From the NCBI GenBank assembly GCA_038087875.1, contig CM075990.1, positions 18,044,001-18,108,000 of the forward strand: a stretch of DNA of 64,000 nucleotides, given 5' to 3'. The first letter of the stretch is position 1. Each line of letters opens with the position of its first letter. Under the pieces are notes generated by a model. That model had not been told where the DNA came from and ran no database searches. It saw only the letters and a list, made by a program, of their open reading frames with translations. Shown piece after piece: positions 62,236-64,000 of this stretch. The position numbers were made by a program, and so were the translations under genes. This DNA is from Malacoraja senta. Taxonomy: Eukaryota.

Positions 62236-62820
62236 GTGATGGGAACCCCCTCTTTCCCTGCACTCCCCACCCTGGTGATAGGAACCCCCTCTTTCCCAGC
62301 ATGCCCCCCCCACCTTGGTGATGGGAACCCCACTCTTTGCATTCCCCCACCCTGGAGATGGGAACCCCCTCTTTCCCTGCACCCCCCACCCTGGTGATGG
62401 GAACCCCCTCTTTCCCTGCACCCCCACCCTGGTGATAGGAACCCCCTCTTTCACTGCACTCCCCCCCACCCTGGTGATGGGAACCCCCTCTTTCCCTGCA
62501 CTCCCCACTCTGGTGATAGGAACCCCCTCTTTCCGAGCACCTCACCCTGGTGATGGAAACCCCATCTTTCCCCCCCACCCCGGTGATTGGAACCCCCTCT
62601 TTCCCTGCATCCCCCTACCCTGGTAATGGGAACCCCATCTTTCCCTGCACCCCACACCCTGGTGATGGGAACCCCATCTTTCCCTGCACCCCCCACCCTG
62701 ATGATGGGAACCCCATCTTTCCCTGCACTCCCACCCTGGTGATGGGAACCCCATCCTTCCCTGCACCCCCCCCCAACCCTGATGATGGGAACCCCCTCTT
62801 TCCCTGCACCCCCATCCTGG
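62236..62820 (-). repeat. ~38-bp G-rich (minus strand) minisatellite, ~15 units
   Basis: Unit ccctggtgatgggaaccccctctttccctgcacccccca. Confidence 0.95.
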
Positions 62821-64000
62821 TGTGAACACTTCCCTCAACACCTTGGTCACTCTGCTCCTTCCCTGTGTATGCTCACCTCCCAAACCAGTCTCATATTTCA
62901 CTCTATCCCCTTCCACCCGTATCCCTCCCTCCAGCTTTACGTTTCACTCTTCTCATCTGTTGCACCTTTTGTCTCCTTGTCACCCCTAGCCAATGTCACA
63001 ACCCATCACCCTCTCCCCTGTATCCACTGATCATGTACCAGGCTTTGTCCTGCTCCCACCTCTTTCCCACTTTCTCAACCCAACTCCATCAGTCTGAAAG
63101 GGTCCCAACAGGAAACAACAGCATCTGTCCATTCCCTTTGTGGTCGGGTAGATGGTGCCTGATCTGCCAAGTACCTCCAGCACTTTGTTTTGGACCAGGT
63201 TACATCCCCTGGTTAAAGTAATCCTAGTTGGCTGCTGTTGCAGGGAAAGTAGTTTAATGTTGATGACACTTGAAGTCTCATTACAAATTATCAATCCAGC
63301 CGTTCACCCTACTATAGTTTTGGAATTTGTCTAAATCTACATTTGGTTTGAGTGTTTGTTGCCAGAATCCATTTCCTCTCCTCTCTGCTCTTTTGTGAAG
63401 GTGACCAATTAATGTTAGTTTCATTTCCACTTTCTCTACCCTACTCCATCAGTCTGAAGAAGGATCCCAACCTGAAACATCTGTCCATTCCCTTTGCAGG
63501 CAGGCAGATGTTGCCTGACCCACTGAGTACCTCCAGCACTTTGTTTTAGACCAGGTTACATCCCCTGGTTAAAGTCATCCTAGTTGGCTGCTGTTGCAGG
63601 GAAAGTAGTTTAATGTTGATGACACTTGTGTTTAAATCATTACAATTGGGTAATCTTGCCCCTTCCATTCACCCAACTGTAGCTTTGTTTGGAATTTGGT
63701 CTAAATCTATATTTGGTTTCGTATGTTTGTCTGTTGCCAGAATCCATTTCCTCTCCTCTCTGCTCCTTTCTAAAGGGGTGACCAATTAGTGTTAGTTTCC
63801 ACCCAGGATCTCCAAAGACTGGGTCCTCTGATGCAGGAAGAGTCTGCCAGGGTTAGACTGTCTACCCCATTCTGCCAAATGTTGCATAAACTGGGTCAAA
63901 CTTCACTACTGTTCCTTTACTTGTACGTCTTATTTAATTCAAAGTATTTCTTGTCAATTAAAGTAGTATCTGGTTTGTCATGGTGTGTTTCTCCAGGTAT

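Overview
Eukaryotic (vertebrate) genomic DNA, most likely an elasmobranch such as a skate or ray. This is inferred from HE1-like V-SINEs sharing a 3' end with a HER1-like LINE, plus the mix of CR1, Penelope, Rex1, HERO and fish-type L1 elements. Most of the window is decayed retrotransposon sequence, with a solo LTR, Harbinger and hAT remnants, a long-TIR MITE and several mini/microsatellites. No complete host gene, structural RNA gene or CRISPR array is recognisable, and most short ORFs in the track are TE antisense or repeat artefacts. The region has been repeatedly self-duplicated: inverted paralogy 4.2-7.5 vs 13.05-14 kb and 7.9-11.75/20.2-21.55 vs 60.4-64 kb, a direct duplication 13.5-17.2 vs 21.6-26.2 kb, a 3.9-kb triplication at 29.2-40.5 kb, and a duplication/deletion at 43.4-53 kb. 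Empty and filled insertion sites can therefore be compared directly. Most interesting signals: (1) ~80-90-bp hammerhead-ribozyme-like Penelope pLTR mini-elements with their own TSDs, plus tandem arrays of the 3' half-ribozyme; (2) candidate exons of an unrecognised secreted or GPI-anchored protein gene, including a 24-bp minisatellite that behaves like a coding Asp/Thr-rich octapeptide repeat; (3) interlocked palindromes behind a CCAAT/TATA promoter-like exon, and a three-armed MITE containing telomeric repeats. Most element boundaries are approximate.
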